Shown piece after piece: positions 1 through 12,057 of a stretch of 38,672 bases of DNA. The position numbers and the translations under genes are program-made. The notes below the pieces were generated by a model. That model had not been told where the DNA came from. It worked only from the letters and a program-made list of their open reading frames with translations, and did not search any database. The DNA lies in assembly GCA_010015585.1 (NCBI GenBank), contig ML975190.1. The stretch is one strand, 5' to 3'. How positions within the stretch are numbered: the stretch's first letter is position 1; every line of letters starts with the position of its first letter. This DNA is from Eremomyces bilateralis CBS 781.70. Its lineage: Eukaryota.

Positions 1-447
1 CCATTCCGACTTTTCATCGTGAACTCGGGTCGGCACTAATGCTTCATTCTACGATCCGGACGATCATTCGCGTCGGACCCCTCCAACGCGGCCCCGGCAG
101 CGTCCTCGTTCGCTGTATATAGACTGGACGGCATGCTCATTTCGTATCAGTTATCGTCGCATTCCAGCATCTCTCCTGATCTTTTTCACCCCCGCACTTT
201 TCGACAGCCCAGCTCGCTCGACGTGCATGAACTTGCGTCAGATCCCGCTCTTCTAGCGCCGACAAAAGGTTTCAACAAAAGCCACATACACGTCTATAGC
301 CACGGCTTTTGCCCACGTGCATATCAGATTTCGGACGCGTGCAACACATCCCCTACGATTCAGAAAATCCTTGGTTGAGGACTAGCACTGTGATCGACTG
401 CCTAATCAATTAGCCTCATTCGATAAGAACTTCCCGCCCTCAAGATC

Positions 448-455
448 TATATAAA
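448..455 (+). promoter_or_regulatory. TATA box of the 575-964 gene
   Basis: TATATAAA about 120 nt upstream of ATG 575, followed by a pyrimidine-rich leader. Confidence 0.5.
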
Positions 456-574
456 CAGTCATCCCACCGAACTTCATCACTCCTAGAAGCACCCTCAACT
501 CTCAAGCCAGACTCCCCTCGACTCCCAACTGTCTAACCCTTCTCTTAATCCACTACCACCACTCATCTTCAACC

Positions 575-964
575 ATGGACGCCGCCATCATGTCTGAAAT
601 CACCGGCACCGACTGCCACATCGAGCCCTTCGCCTCCTCCGCCGCTCACACCACCCCCCTTCGCAAAGCCTCCATCTCCTCCTCCCTCCCCTCCCCCAGC
701 ATGGAAGCCCCCCCCACCACCTTCCTCTGCCTGGTGCCCGTCCACTCCGACTCTTTCCCCTCCTCGCACCTTCGCTCTTCATCCCTCCCCTCCCCTCCCG
801 CACTCCCATCCGTCCCCGAGCAACCGATCATGCTCGTTGACCAGCAGCGCCGCACGAGCGACTCGTCCACCACGAGCACGGGATCCGCGCTGCGGTTTTT
901 GAAGTTGGGGCCGGTGCATTTCGGGGGGGAGCCAGGCGTGGGGGACTATGCTGATATGGATTGA
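575..964 (+). CDS. Small Ser/Pro-rich hypothetical protein (129 aa)
   Basis: Good start context (caaccATGG), upstream TATA, the same C-rich to G-rich composition as neighbouring genes, and an ordered-looking C-terminal motif LRFLKLGPVHFG; no known function. Confidence 0.7.
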   Translation: MDAAIMSEITGTDCHIEPFASSAAHTTPLRKASISSSLPSPSMEAPPTTFLCLVPVHSDSFPSSHLRSSSLPSPPALPSVPEQPIMLVDQQRRTSDSSTTSTGSALRFLKLGPVHFGGEPGVGDYADMD

Positions 965-1469
965 GTGATCATCGGGGGGCGGGGCGGGGACGCGCGGGAG
1001 CATGAAAGCGGGGACGACGTATCGTTCTGGTGGAGGGAGATCAAATTGGCTGGATAATCCCCCGGTGTCGTGGAGACATTTGAGTGCGGATGGCGGCTTG
1101 TTTCTTTTTCCCTCGATTCTTAATCCGTTTGATTTCTAATGATCATTATGCGTGCCCGATACTTCTCCTGCATTTGTCTTGGGAGAAGGGGCTTATCAGT
1201 TATCATCTGTCAGACTGTGGCCCGCAGAAAAATAGGAAGGATTCTGATAGTAAGAAGGGAGAGGCTGAGAGCGGATCGAATACACGAGAGTATTATGCTT
1301 TTTCCGATCTGCAATATTACTCCTATCTTATCATTTCAACGCATTTGGTCGTGTTTTTGTTAGATGTACGCATGTGCAACGATGGCGCCCCAACCCCACC
1401 AGTTCGTGATGACGTCTGGTTCCCCCATTGGGCCTCACCGATTCCAATACGGGGTGGTACGTACCTGTT

Positions 1470-1498
1470 CATCCTGCACCATCCTGCACCATCCTGCA
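1470..1498. repeat. 10-bp tandem repeat (CATCCTGCAC) x~2.9
   Basis: Seen directly: catcctgcac catcctgcac catcctgca. Confidence 0.85.
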
Positions 1499-2928
1499 GA
1501 CCCGCACCAGAACTCCTTCCGCACCCCCGAGTCCAAACACGTATACAATACTCGCATGGCGCTTGATCATCCGAAACATTACTGACGAGTGACGACCTCT
1601 TCCGCTGTAGCATATCACCGTATCACCATCTCGAATGCAAGTACATCATCGTTTCTGCCTGGCTTCCCCGACGCACCTGGTTAAGTCTAGCCTCAAAGGA
1701 ACTAGGATACTTGGTCAGGAAGCGGCTTGACGAAGCGGTTCGTAGTTAGACATGCAGTTCGCTCCATGTCCAGTGTCCACCGTATTGATACGCACGATGC
1801 CATGTGGCCAGCAGGGACCAGCCCAATCGCCTGAAGGCTGAAAACGCCAGGTTATTTGCGCTTTCGATTCCGGAACTCCTGTCCTGGCTCCGCATAGTAA
1901 ACTTTTAGCTTCAAAGTGCGCTCTCTCTCCAGGTTTGGCCTTCAAGGTTTGGAGACACGGCTCGACTTCCCGCATAGCACGGTCCAACATTCTATTCAGC
2001 TCCAAATGTTTCATATCACGTCAGAGTTCCAGGTTCCTCGAGCGTAGACAAGGAGCTATCTCTGTCCTCCATGCGATTGCGCTTGCTATTCCAACGTGAG
2101 CATATGTCATGATCGAAGATTGAAGGATGAACGTGGCGCCGATGCACGAGCTCCTACTTGATCCTGCAAGCCCATTCCCTACGGCAAGAATCCTCGAGAA
2201 GTTGAGATCATACCGTTCAGTGATCTGATGCGCCCAGCCCTGCAGGTCCCAGGCTCCGAGCCGCAATGAGGCGTAAAGCCAGAAACTTTATTCTGTAGTT
2301 ATATCAAATTCCTTGCAGGGAATTATTGCTCTACTGAGTGTCGGGTGCTCAGAGCCGCGTTAATCAGACCATCCACCTGGTTTCCTGCAGTCGATTGGAC
2401 ATAGTACCGTTGGTAGGTAGGCATTTCCACCGCACCAGATAGACTTTCTGGAAGTCGTCGAAGTGCCGTGAGTCCTCACGTTTCTTTCAACGAGGCTCTG
2501 AAACATCTTCTCTCAGCTCCTAAGCTCCATCCTTGTTGGAGAGCTCCAAGCTTGGTAAATTTCTCGCGGCCGATCAGCATGGGATGAATGTGGGGTGAAC
2601 TTTGGGTAAGGATGAAGCTTGAGGATCAGGGAATGAGGGTCCAGTTGCAGACAGGGATCGCAGTCGAGATGGCACATAATTACTTGGGGATCCGGGAGTC
2701 ATCCTCAAGCGACATTGATCTGCAGAACTAAATCTCCATACATGTATTGGGAGTAAGCTATCAAATCATCCTATGGTCATAGTTGAAGAGCTGGGTGTCC
2801 TGTAGCCAGAACCAGTCTGCACTGATCAGATGGCACATGTATTTGAGGTTAGAATGGAACCAGTCTTCTCGAACAATGGAGGGTAGGTGGTGGGTGCAAT
2901 AATCATCTACACGGAATTATACACACCC

Positions 2929-5158
2929 TCACCTCCCCCCGAAATCCCTCTCCGCAATCGCCGCCTTCATCATATCATTCCCACTCACCATCCCCGTCGT
3001 ACAAATCACCAAATTCCTCCTCCGCCCCTCATCCACCAACCGCTTCCCCACGAACCGCAACGCCGCCACCTCCGCCCGACTGATCCCCCCCAAATAGAAT
3101 ACTAGCACCGTCTTCCCCTCCGTCGATCCCGACCCGTTCAAGATCTGCTTCGCCCGCACCGCCTTCTCCTCCCCCCTCTGAACCTCGTCGAACGTGGCGC
3201 CCTTGATCTGCTTCACCGCCTCTTCGAAGGGGCGCCAGCCTTGCGAGAGTGCGGTGGCGCCGGAGGCCGCGGCGTTGGTGGCGCCAGGGTGTTTGTTGGA
3301 GAGGGAGGCAAGGTATTGTTTCTGGAGGACGCATTGCACGAGGCGGACGCTAAGTGGAACGGGGCCGCTGTAGACGTACGCGATATCGTCGGGTTTGGCT
3401 TCGTTGACCTCGCGCATGTATAGATGGAGTGCTTTTCTGACGTAGGAGTAATTCGTCCCTGAGCCGGATTTGGAGAGTGGCGCGGGAGTGAAAGCACTGC
3501 CGGACCGTGTGGACAGGAGACCCATTTTTTCGAGTCGGGAGAGGGTTAGGAGGTGTTGTGGGCCGTAGGCATGGAGGATGGCGCGTTTGAAGGCGTCCAG
3601 GTCGCGGGGTCGTAGGCCGTTGCACATGGTGGACTCGAGGCAGAGGAGACGGAGAACGGTGGGGAGGGAGATGGCGCGGGAAATTAGCTCGTCGATGGTG
3701 TCGTGCTGGGATGTAGGGTCTAGTTCTTCGGCAACGGTCTGTTGCACCTCGAGAATACGGGTGAAGATCTCAGATTGGGTGAACTTCTGGATCTCTTCGG
3801 CAATGTTGGTATGGAGCTTGAGGCTAGTTTGTTCGGATTGGTAGCTCGGGAGCTTAGAGACGAACTCCCGGAGCTCAGCAGTGGTCTTCGACGCTGTGGG
3901 TCGATTCTCGTATGTATTTTGCAATCGACGTGCGACTGAGTTGAGTACCTGGGGGACAACTGCGAAGTTGGTGTCCCGAATACTCTTGAAAAGGGATTCA
4001 GTGCCGTCAAGGATGATCTTCTTCCGAAGTGGCTGTGATGCTGATCCGGGTCCCGACGATGACCCTTGGGAAGTCGTATTGCTGGCAGTGCCTACAACGG
4101 AGGAGTCAACTTCGATTTGATTGGACTCTATCCCAAAACATTCGTCCACCAGTCCCTCATAAGTTAACTGCGTAAGCAGAGCAGATGGAAAATCAACTTC
4201 TCGGTCTATAATGATCAAGCTTTCGATCGTGTTGCTGGGAGTTAGTTCGTAGCCGGCGCCAGAGGGACGAAAGTCAGATGACGCTGTGAGTTCCGACCGC
4301 ATACGCATGAGCAAGTCGGCGAGTCGCTTTGCGTTGTTCCCTTTCCCTGTGATACGAGGGAAGAGCCCATGGTGCTGTTGCAGCAACATCAACGCTTTCG
4401 CCGCAGTGAAAATGCACGTCGGATCTTTGCGCTGGAGGATAGTTAGAACATGCCGGAAAACTAAAGGACATGGTGCGTGCAAACCAGGTATAGATCTCGA
4501 AAACTATTCTCTAGCTCCAGAGATAGTATATCTTCAGCGACGGGAACAAAGTATAAGGGATACTCCGAGACGTTGACATCGCCAAGTGCGCCCTCCTCTT
4601 CGAGAATCTGATCCGAGACTAAGGTCCTCCTCGGGACCCAGAATATAGATATCTCATGTTCGGTCTGACCACTTTGACGTAGCCGCTTGATCTGACCTGA
4701 AAATTGTCAGCGATACATTTTAGAAAGCAAGTCCATGGAAGGCAAGGATTTCCACAATGCAACCGCATAAAAACCTTAGCATTGACTACGTGAAGTGGGA
4801 AGAAATAGCGAAGACAAAGCTTGACTTACTTGCAATAGCATGGACTTCATTCAAATTATCCGAGCGGGCCAAGAACACGATATTCTTCTGCGACGAGTCG
4901 ACATTATCGTTCTCTAAGAAAAACACTTTGTCCACCCCATACTCCTGGAGCGTCGAGAACTTAACGAAGAGCCCCAACGTCCCCGCAAGGCCCTTCTCGA
5001 TGACGAGGTTCTTCTTGCCTCGAACCTACGCGCTCGATTAGCAACTTCGATGAGGGGAAATGTGGACGAGTCGAGTCACTGACCCCTTCAAGGAGAAGCA
5101 GAAGGTCTCTCCGAGCCTTCTCACCTATTTCGGAGGCCTCGAGGACGGTTCGCGCCAT
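2929..5158 (-). CDS. VPS33: Vacuolar protein sorting 33, Sec1/Munc18 family (HOPS/CORVET), ~661 aa
   Basis: Exons 5158-5084, 5025-4830, 4696-4485, 4431-2929 total 1986 nt with GT..AG introns; motifs LLLLLEGVRGKKNLVI, IFWVPRRTL, IIIDREVDF..LLTQLTYEGLVDE, DDIAYVYSG..PLSVRLVQ. Confidence 0.95.
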
Positions 5159-5744
5159 GGTTGATCTACGGTGAAGGCTGCTCCCCAGCCAGGGCAACTG
5201 ATGGCATGTCACCTCATCGCCCGCAGTAGACGGAAGGCTATGATTCCCCAACTGCGATGACTTTCGTTTTAGGATGATCTCTTTTGAAAATCCAATTCTT
5301 GTCGAAGGTTGCGTTGCTTGCAAGTTGTTGATCTTGATAGAGCTTGGACGTGTGATTTAACTTGGAGGTTCGCAGTTCATGTGTGGCTAGGGTTTCTGAT
5401 ATGTGGCTGTGTGCTGTGTCCCGATCAGATCACGTTCGGACGAGTTCTAGCTAGCACTTGAATTGAAAATGGCGGAATTGGCTCTAGAGGGTAATATTCA
5501 AGTGCTCGATATAAGCACCTAGCTAACGCGAGATAATGCCCACAGTGTCATATGGAAATGCCATGTCATACATAGGGTGGTATTACATTGAGTCAGGGGA
5601 GATATATCGGGATCTACTGTAGCTCCGACCGCGATAAATGTAAAATATATATACACAGAATGCTAAAAAACAGGGCTTCATACTCTTTGGAAGTAATGGC
5701 ACCATCTGGGCAACTTTCTATTCCCAAAGATAGCGAAAACAACC

Positions 5745-7324
5745 TCAAACCCCAGCCGCCTGCTTCATGAGGAACCGCTTCAACGGCCCAACCTTATCGA
5801 CGACGCTCAATCCTAGTGACCTCAAGCCAACAATCGGCCCCGATCCAACATTGTATAGCTTATGCAGCTTATCCACGACGCCTAACATGGCGTTGTTCGC
5901 CGCATACCTTTCAGCATTGTACCGCTCGAGGGTCATGAGCGCGCCGATATCCTCGCCATGGAGCACCGCATCCTCGATGATCTTCGCGAGAGCTTGCGCA
6001 TCAATCTGGCCTTGGTTGAGGCCTTGACCTGCGAGGGGATGGGTGACGTGGGCAGCATCGCTGAGAGACGAGTTAGTAGTCAGCCAGGAAAACCAAGATA
6101 ATAGAGGGAGAAGATGTAAGTGACGAAAGGTACTTACCCCATCAACGCAATCCTCTCCCCCACATACGAATCCGCCTGTCTCATCCTCAATGGGAAACTT
6201 GCCACACTCCCCTCCTGCACCCCCACCACCCTCCCCGGCTCCCTCTCCTCCCGTCCCCCGTCCCCTAATCGCCCCCTCCCTCTCTCCCGCAGCCCTTCCC
6301 GCCACTCCACCTCCTCCACCAACCCCTCCTCCATCCTCACCAAATACCCCATCTCCGCCACTGACAACCGAAATGCCGCGTTCACCGCCGCCACCAAATC
6401 CTCGCCGCTCATCCGCTTCAACCGTTTGGCTAACTCCGGTTTCGTCGACCACACCAGCGTCGCCCTGTTCCCCGGCAGCGGCAGCAGCGCAATCGGCCCG
6501 GTCGGTAGGAACCGCTGATATGCGGTCCGCGTCTCTGGCGGATCTGGGGTGTCCGCGAGCTGCAGCGTCGCCACCACCCCATGCGCGCCGTAGTCCCAGC
6601 CGCGGGACTCGATGCCAGCGAACGTGCGGACGGGGCTGTTGGCGCCGTCAGCACCGACAAGGAGGCGGGCGGCGAGGGTGGGGCCAGTGTTGAGGGTGAG
6701 GTGGGGCCAGGAGGAGAGGTCAAGGGAGGTGGGGTCGGGGGAGGGCGGGGGCCCGAGGGAGATGGAGGCGACTTTGGCGGGTTGAAAGAGGGTGGGGGGG
6801 GAGAGGGTGGAGAGGCGGCGGTGGAGAGCGGTGGTGATGTTTGCGTTTTCGAGCATTGTGGCGATGGTGGAGGGGGAGGTGGGTGGGGGATCGGAGAAGG
6901 AGATGTGGGCGTCGGAGACGCCGTCCCAGACATCCATGCGGGTATAGGGTTGGATGCGTGACTTGTCGACATGCTCCCACGCGCCAATATCACCCAGAAA
7001 TCCCACGCTCCGCGGCGTCAACGACACGCAGCGGTTCTCATATCTACTCGGCTCCGGCGTCCATTCCTGCGCCGGTTGTCCTTCCACCAGGGCGATTTTC
7101 AAGCGTGCGGTAGCGGGCGACGCTTTCAGTGCGGTGACCAGGCTCAATCCTGCGGGGCCGCCGCCGACGCAGACGACGTCAAAGATCTCTGGAGAGGTGT
7201 TATGAAGCGTTGCATAGGTGCGACGACGGGGTGTTCGCTGGGGAGATCGGCGGCTGGAGATGGATGGGAGGGACAGGAGGCGGAGATCGCAGCGGAGGCA
7301 GGTGGTGGGGCGGAGGAGAGACAT
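5745..7324 (-). CDS. COQ6: Ubiquinone biosynthesis FAD monooxygenase, mitochondrial, ~500 aa
   Basis: Exons 7324-6138 and 6060-5745; Arg/Ser/Leu-rich presequence, DVVCVGGGPAG, LLVGADGANS, AYQRFLPTGPIALLPL, GDAAHVTHPLAGQGLNQG spanning the intron. Confidence 0.95.
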
Positions 7325-7833
7325 TGGAGATGGAGGACGCGGAGATGCGTAATAGAGGTGTGAACGTCGGATCTTGTCAAATTGGACAAAGCTGGGCGGT
7401 TGATGTTGCCGGTGTGAAGTGGTGATGTTCGAAAGTTGGAGGCTGTGGACCCTGAGGCGGATCCCTGCACGGATTCTACGATCAACTGATCGGAAGCTGC
7501 TGGCGATGGAAGCAAAGTCATATCAAGATCAACAGGAGCTTCCACTCTGGTGTTGCGAAATAGATGTAATATATGATTAATGTTGGCGCTTCAAATGCTC
7601 AATTCCAATGTCGCTGATGGCTTGGACCCCACGCTAAGACAAATATAAGACAAATGCAACGATTCGCGAGAATTAATCCTCCACTCGATATCCATCCCCT
7701 TCTCCTATCACTTACCACGGCCCGAGACAGCTAGTGCAATTACGCATCTTCAGGATGCCCACGTCTCTTCTCGCGTCTTCCAAACCATTGTTTTACGCTC
7801 TCTCTTCTGCACACACTATAATTCTCCAACCGC

Positions 7834-8651
7834 TTAGGCCAGAATGCCGAATCCCAACCCAACCGCAGCCACCAACGCAGCCATTCCAACAACCGGTCCC
7901 TCCACATACAATCCCGACGCCGCACCAGTTCCACTCACACCGCCGCCGTTATCACCACCGCTCGAACCCGTAGCCGCGGCATCGCCACCGAAGCCGCTGT
8001 AGATAATGTTGCCGTCCGCGTCGGTGGCCGTGGGGCCGGCGGTGGAAGACATGGTGGTTGAGATGGTGGAGGAGTTGATGCGGGTGGGGGATTGGGCGCC
8101 GCAGAGATTGTTGACTCTGAGTAGGGTTAGCCGATATTAGGAAGGAGGGATAGGGGTAGAAGGGAGGGGAACATACTCGCAGTTGGTCGCGCACGCGCCG
8201 TCGCCTATCGCGCACAGGTTCTTGCACTGGTTGTTCGTTTCGGTGCAGATGTAGTAGGGGATGGTGAGGTGGTATTGGGTCATGTTGGGGGTAAGGCCGT
8301 TGACGGAACAGACGCAGCTCCAGGCGAGGGATTTCTGTGGCCAGGATATGGCAGGTCAGTTATCAATCTAGAGACGATATGGATATGTGGCGAGCGGGCT
8401 GCTTGAACTTACGGAATCGCACGTGTTCGTGATGGTGTCGCCATTGTCTCCTGGGTATTGTAGGCACAGCAGAGGGCACTGTGCTTTCTGTGAAACGCAC
8501 CAAGCATCTTTATACAGTGTCAGAGCATGGTCATTTCGGTTTAGGATGCGAGATGCGTACCCTTGGTAGCGGTCGGCACGATAGATAGGTCGAGAGCGTC
8601 AGTCAGGCCGACGGCCAAGACGTAGAGGGCGAGAGTAGCGAACGACTTCAT
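7834..8651 (-). CDS. Secreted Cys-rich, probably GPI-anchored cell-wall protein, ~208 aa
   Basis: Exons 8651-8561, 8507-8413, 8334-8177, 8116-7834 total 627 nt; signal peptide MKSFATLALYVLAVG, Cys-rich domain (WCVSQKAQCPLLC..CVC..YICTETNNQC..C..C..C..CGA), Ser/Thr/Gly linker and hydrophobic C-terminal tail. Confidence 0.85.
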
Positions 8652-10622
8652 CGTGGAATTGCGGCACAACGGATTCGTGTAAGTGGTCGACAAGTAAGGA
8701 GAAGCCTGGGAATGCGAGTTTAGATTAGAACATCGTCGAATGGAGCCTTGAATGTCGAAGGGGAGGTAGTCTGGTATTCTCCTTCGGTTGGCAGGGAGAT
8801 GCTAGGAAGGTGAGAGCTGAAGAGCAGTCAACTTACGCTTCTCTTGGTCTCCTTCAATGCTAAACACGATCGATACAGCGAGCGAAAGAACAAGAAATTA
8901 TTAGAACGTATACAAAAAAGCGAAGTAGAATCACACTGCAAACGATTGACGACTCTCAGCGAAGGTGTGAAGGGAAAGACAGAAGGAGACACGAAGGCCG
9001 AAGGACATGGAGATCGTTTAATCTTTCGGCGGCCCCAAACGACGCCAGACGCCCATCACGGGCTCTTTGCGACCTAGGCACAGGGCATCCCTGCGTGCCG
9101 GAATACAGAGAAACGCCCACAGATCAGACGATAGACCGGCGACGACACAACGCGACGCTAGTGCTGCAGCCACACTCAACTGAAGCACCCCGGAATCAGC
9201 TTGGATTGGGTGGTGAAGATCGGCTGGCGACCGCGCTGTTTTGGATTCTCGAAGACATATAATATCTCCATCCTTGGGACTTGGAATCTCGTTTGCCGGA
9301 CCCTCCATTTTGCAGCTCTACAATCGGAAGCAAAAGCAGGTGGGAGGGTTGTGCTACCCTCCGCCTCGAGAGCGACGACCCCACTCCGAGCGAGAATCGT
9401 CTATCGCGAGGAGAAAAGACCCGGACTAGAAGTCCGCCATTCAGTTCCAAGCGAACGGGATAAGGGCCAGTAGCGCGGGAGCTGAATGGTGGATGGCCCG
9501 CCTAATCGTCCTCGGTAGTGGCCGTTTGTTGCTAAATGTGGAGGGTCAAGTAGGGCCTCGGACGTTTGAGCTATTGATTTATCTGCAGTATCTGTACGAA
9601 TAAGTATTCCCATGCAGAGTTATGACACCATGAGTTATTTTATGATGCCTCTTGCCCTCTGTGGACCATGATGCCGCCTGACTGTTCAAGTTGATGTCGA
9701 CAACAGGGTTGGAGAGGGATAGCGAGAGATCCAGACTGGCCTAGCGAGTGTCCCGGTCTCTTCTCAACCACTATCAAGAGCTCCATGCCGTAACTCGTAA
9801 GTCATAAGTTAACTAGAGTCTTAACGAGAGGCGAACCGAGTACATAAATATCCCAGCATCCATGTCCAGTCGCCACCCAATAACGGATTTGTTTCCGTCC
9901 TGGTCATTGCTTGTGATACCTGCATGTGCGGAGCCGAATGCATCGCATCGGAGGGTATTGTCTCGATCGTAGGTGGCAGCGGATCGGGCGGTGGGGTTGG
10001 TGCAACATGGTGCTACTCGGGCTGATAAGGTCTTTGTGGGATCGTGCAGAGCAATCGTTGATCACGGAGTCCTTGTGAAGTGGTGAGCTGTGCGATGATG
10101 GCGCGGCGTTTGGTGGGAGTATATTGTGGGGGGATATGACGATCCATGGACAAGGACTGGATATATATTGAGACGCGTATATTGTAGAGTTCTATGATAT
10201 GAGAACATATATTTCGTAACTATAGATATAAGTATTTACGTAGCCCCTGAATATGATGTCAAGATGTAACGACATTCTGATTGCCGGTATCATTATTCAA
10301 CGTTTCATATTTCTTGTACTCCATAGCCAATGGATATCACACGCGCCAAGTGTTGGGCTTTTGGTGGAGATGGTCAGAACATCGTGAGATTTCTTGGGTT
10401 TTATCGTCCTGGACACAATGACCATTGTCCTTTCATCCACCATGCTGTAACAAAACCCAATTACACAATTCACCTTAATCCCCACTCAATGTATCTCAAT
10501 TCTCAACTACTCAGCTCTAGCCAAACAATTGATCCCGCCTAAGCTCGAGACGTACAACCATCATCCAGTAGCACTTCCGACTGCCTCAAACCCCCCATTC
10601 AATCCACCAACCGACTCTATGG

Positions 10623-11385
10623 ATGGATCCATCCACCCACTCCTCCTCCCCTCTTACCCCTCCTTCCCCTCCTCCCCTCCCCCTTGATCCCCGTCCCTCC
10701 TCTCCTGATCCCCTCCCCTCCCCTCCTACCAACGGCAAACCCACCCCCCCTTCCCACACCGACAGCCCTCCCTACTGGCAACGCCGCGACCGCGGTGACT
10801 CCATCCGCAGCAACGCCCCGACCGACCGACAGCGCTTCACGATCACCCTCGAGGACCATACGGAGGAGGACTCGGAGCAGTCGAAGGCGCTGTGGGCGCG
10901 GGGAGCGACGATTGAGGAGTGGACGCTGGTGCAGGGGAGCAAGCCGGCGAGTTTGGGGGCATATGTGGTTTGGGTTTGTAATGTGCAGACGCAGAGGGTA
11001 TGTTACATGATTTCGCTCCGAGGGGACGGATGGATGTTGGATATGGAGAGGGAGTCATGGACTAACGGCGCTCAGGGCGGGATAATCAAGATCCGCAAGA
11101 GGTATGTCTATGGATTTTTGCTCCAGAACGGAGGCAACCTAGAACATCTATCTAACATAGACCAGATACTCCGAATTCGAACAACTTCGAAAGGCATTAG
11201 TGCGCACGTTCCCCCACTCCAGCGCCGCGCTGCCTCCGCTCCCCCCCAAATCCATCCTCTCGAGATTCAAACCGCCGTTCCTGGAGAAGAGACGCGTGGG
11301 ATTGCAGTACTTCCTGACCTGCGTCCTACTCAACCCGGAGTTTTCGTCAGCGCCGGTGCTGAAGGAGTTTATGTTTGAGCGATGA
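10623..11385 (+). CDS. YPT35: PX-domain endosomal/vacuolar adapter protein, ~206 aa
   Basis: Exons 10623-10997, 11076-11101, 11166-11385; ITLEDHTEE, GAYVVWVC, and the PX signature IRKRYSEF (restored by splicing) with LPPLPPKS..FLEKRRVGLQYFL. Confidence 0.85.
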
Positions 11386-12057
11386 CCGGTCGTTTTTGAG
11401 GGGCGTTGGAGCTGGGCATGGGGTTTCAACGGCCGAACGATGGGAGAGGGGATGGTATATATCTCTTTCTATGCATACGGCCGTTTATACACATAGTACG
11501 GATGCGGCGCCTTTCAAGCCGCTTTTCAATATATTAACTAGGCGATGAATTTGCCTGGAGGGTCAATACAGGAGTGCAATACGGGAATATAAAACCGAAG
11601 CATGGTGTTCCAGTATGGCCAGAACCTTGGATCGCTGTACCATGTTGAGCTGTTCTCAGGGCAGCTTCATTTTGGGTTGTCATGATGTTGAATTGGAGGA
11701 AGCAAGAGCATTCATATTGTATAGATACAAACAATATATCCGAGACCCAATTCGTTGTCCCAACATTGTGCAAGACCAATCTCGATTCTATCCAATATTC
11801 CATCCGATACTCCACCCCGAGGGGTCCTAGCTCTCTCTTCCCCATGTTCCCAGTTCCCAGTTATGCCCAAGTCTCCAAAGTCCCCAACATAATAAACCCT
11901 GAAAGGCAACAATCCCCAAGAAACCCAAGAAACCCCTAATCACCGACGATCACCACAATTCTCTAGTCCACTGCTATTGATTGATGCCTGCCAAATCCCT
12001 TGTCACCGCCCTATCCACCCGATCGTCCTACCAATATGCCCTCCTCGCGTTGTACCG

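Noticed and set aside
4697..4829. Long VPS33 intron 2 as snoRNA host or nested intron
   Set aside because: No box C/D pair or convincing internal splice set.
4961..5323. 120-aa minus ORF as an extended VPS33 N-terminus
   Set aside because: Starts at a non-ATG codon and reads through intron 1; ATG 5158 gives the expected N-terminus.
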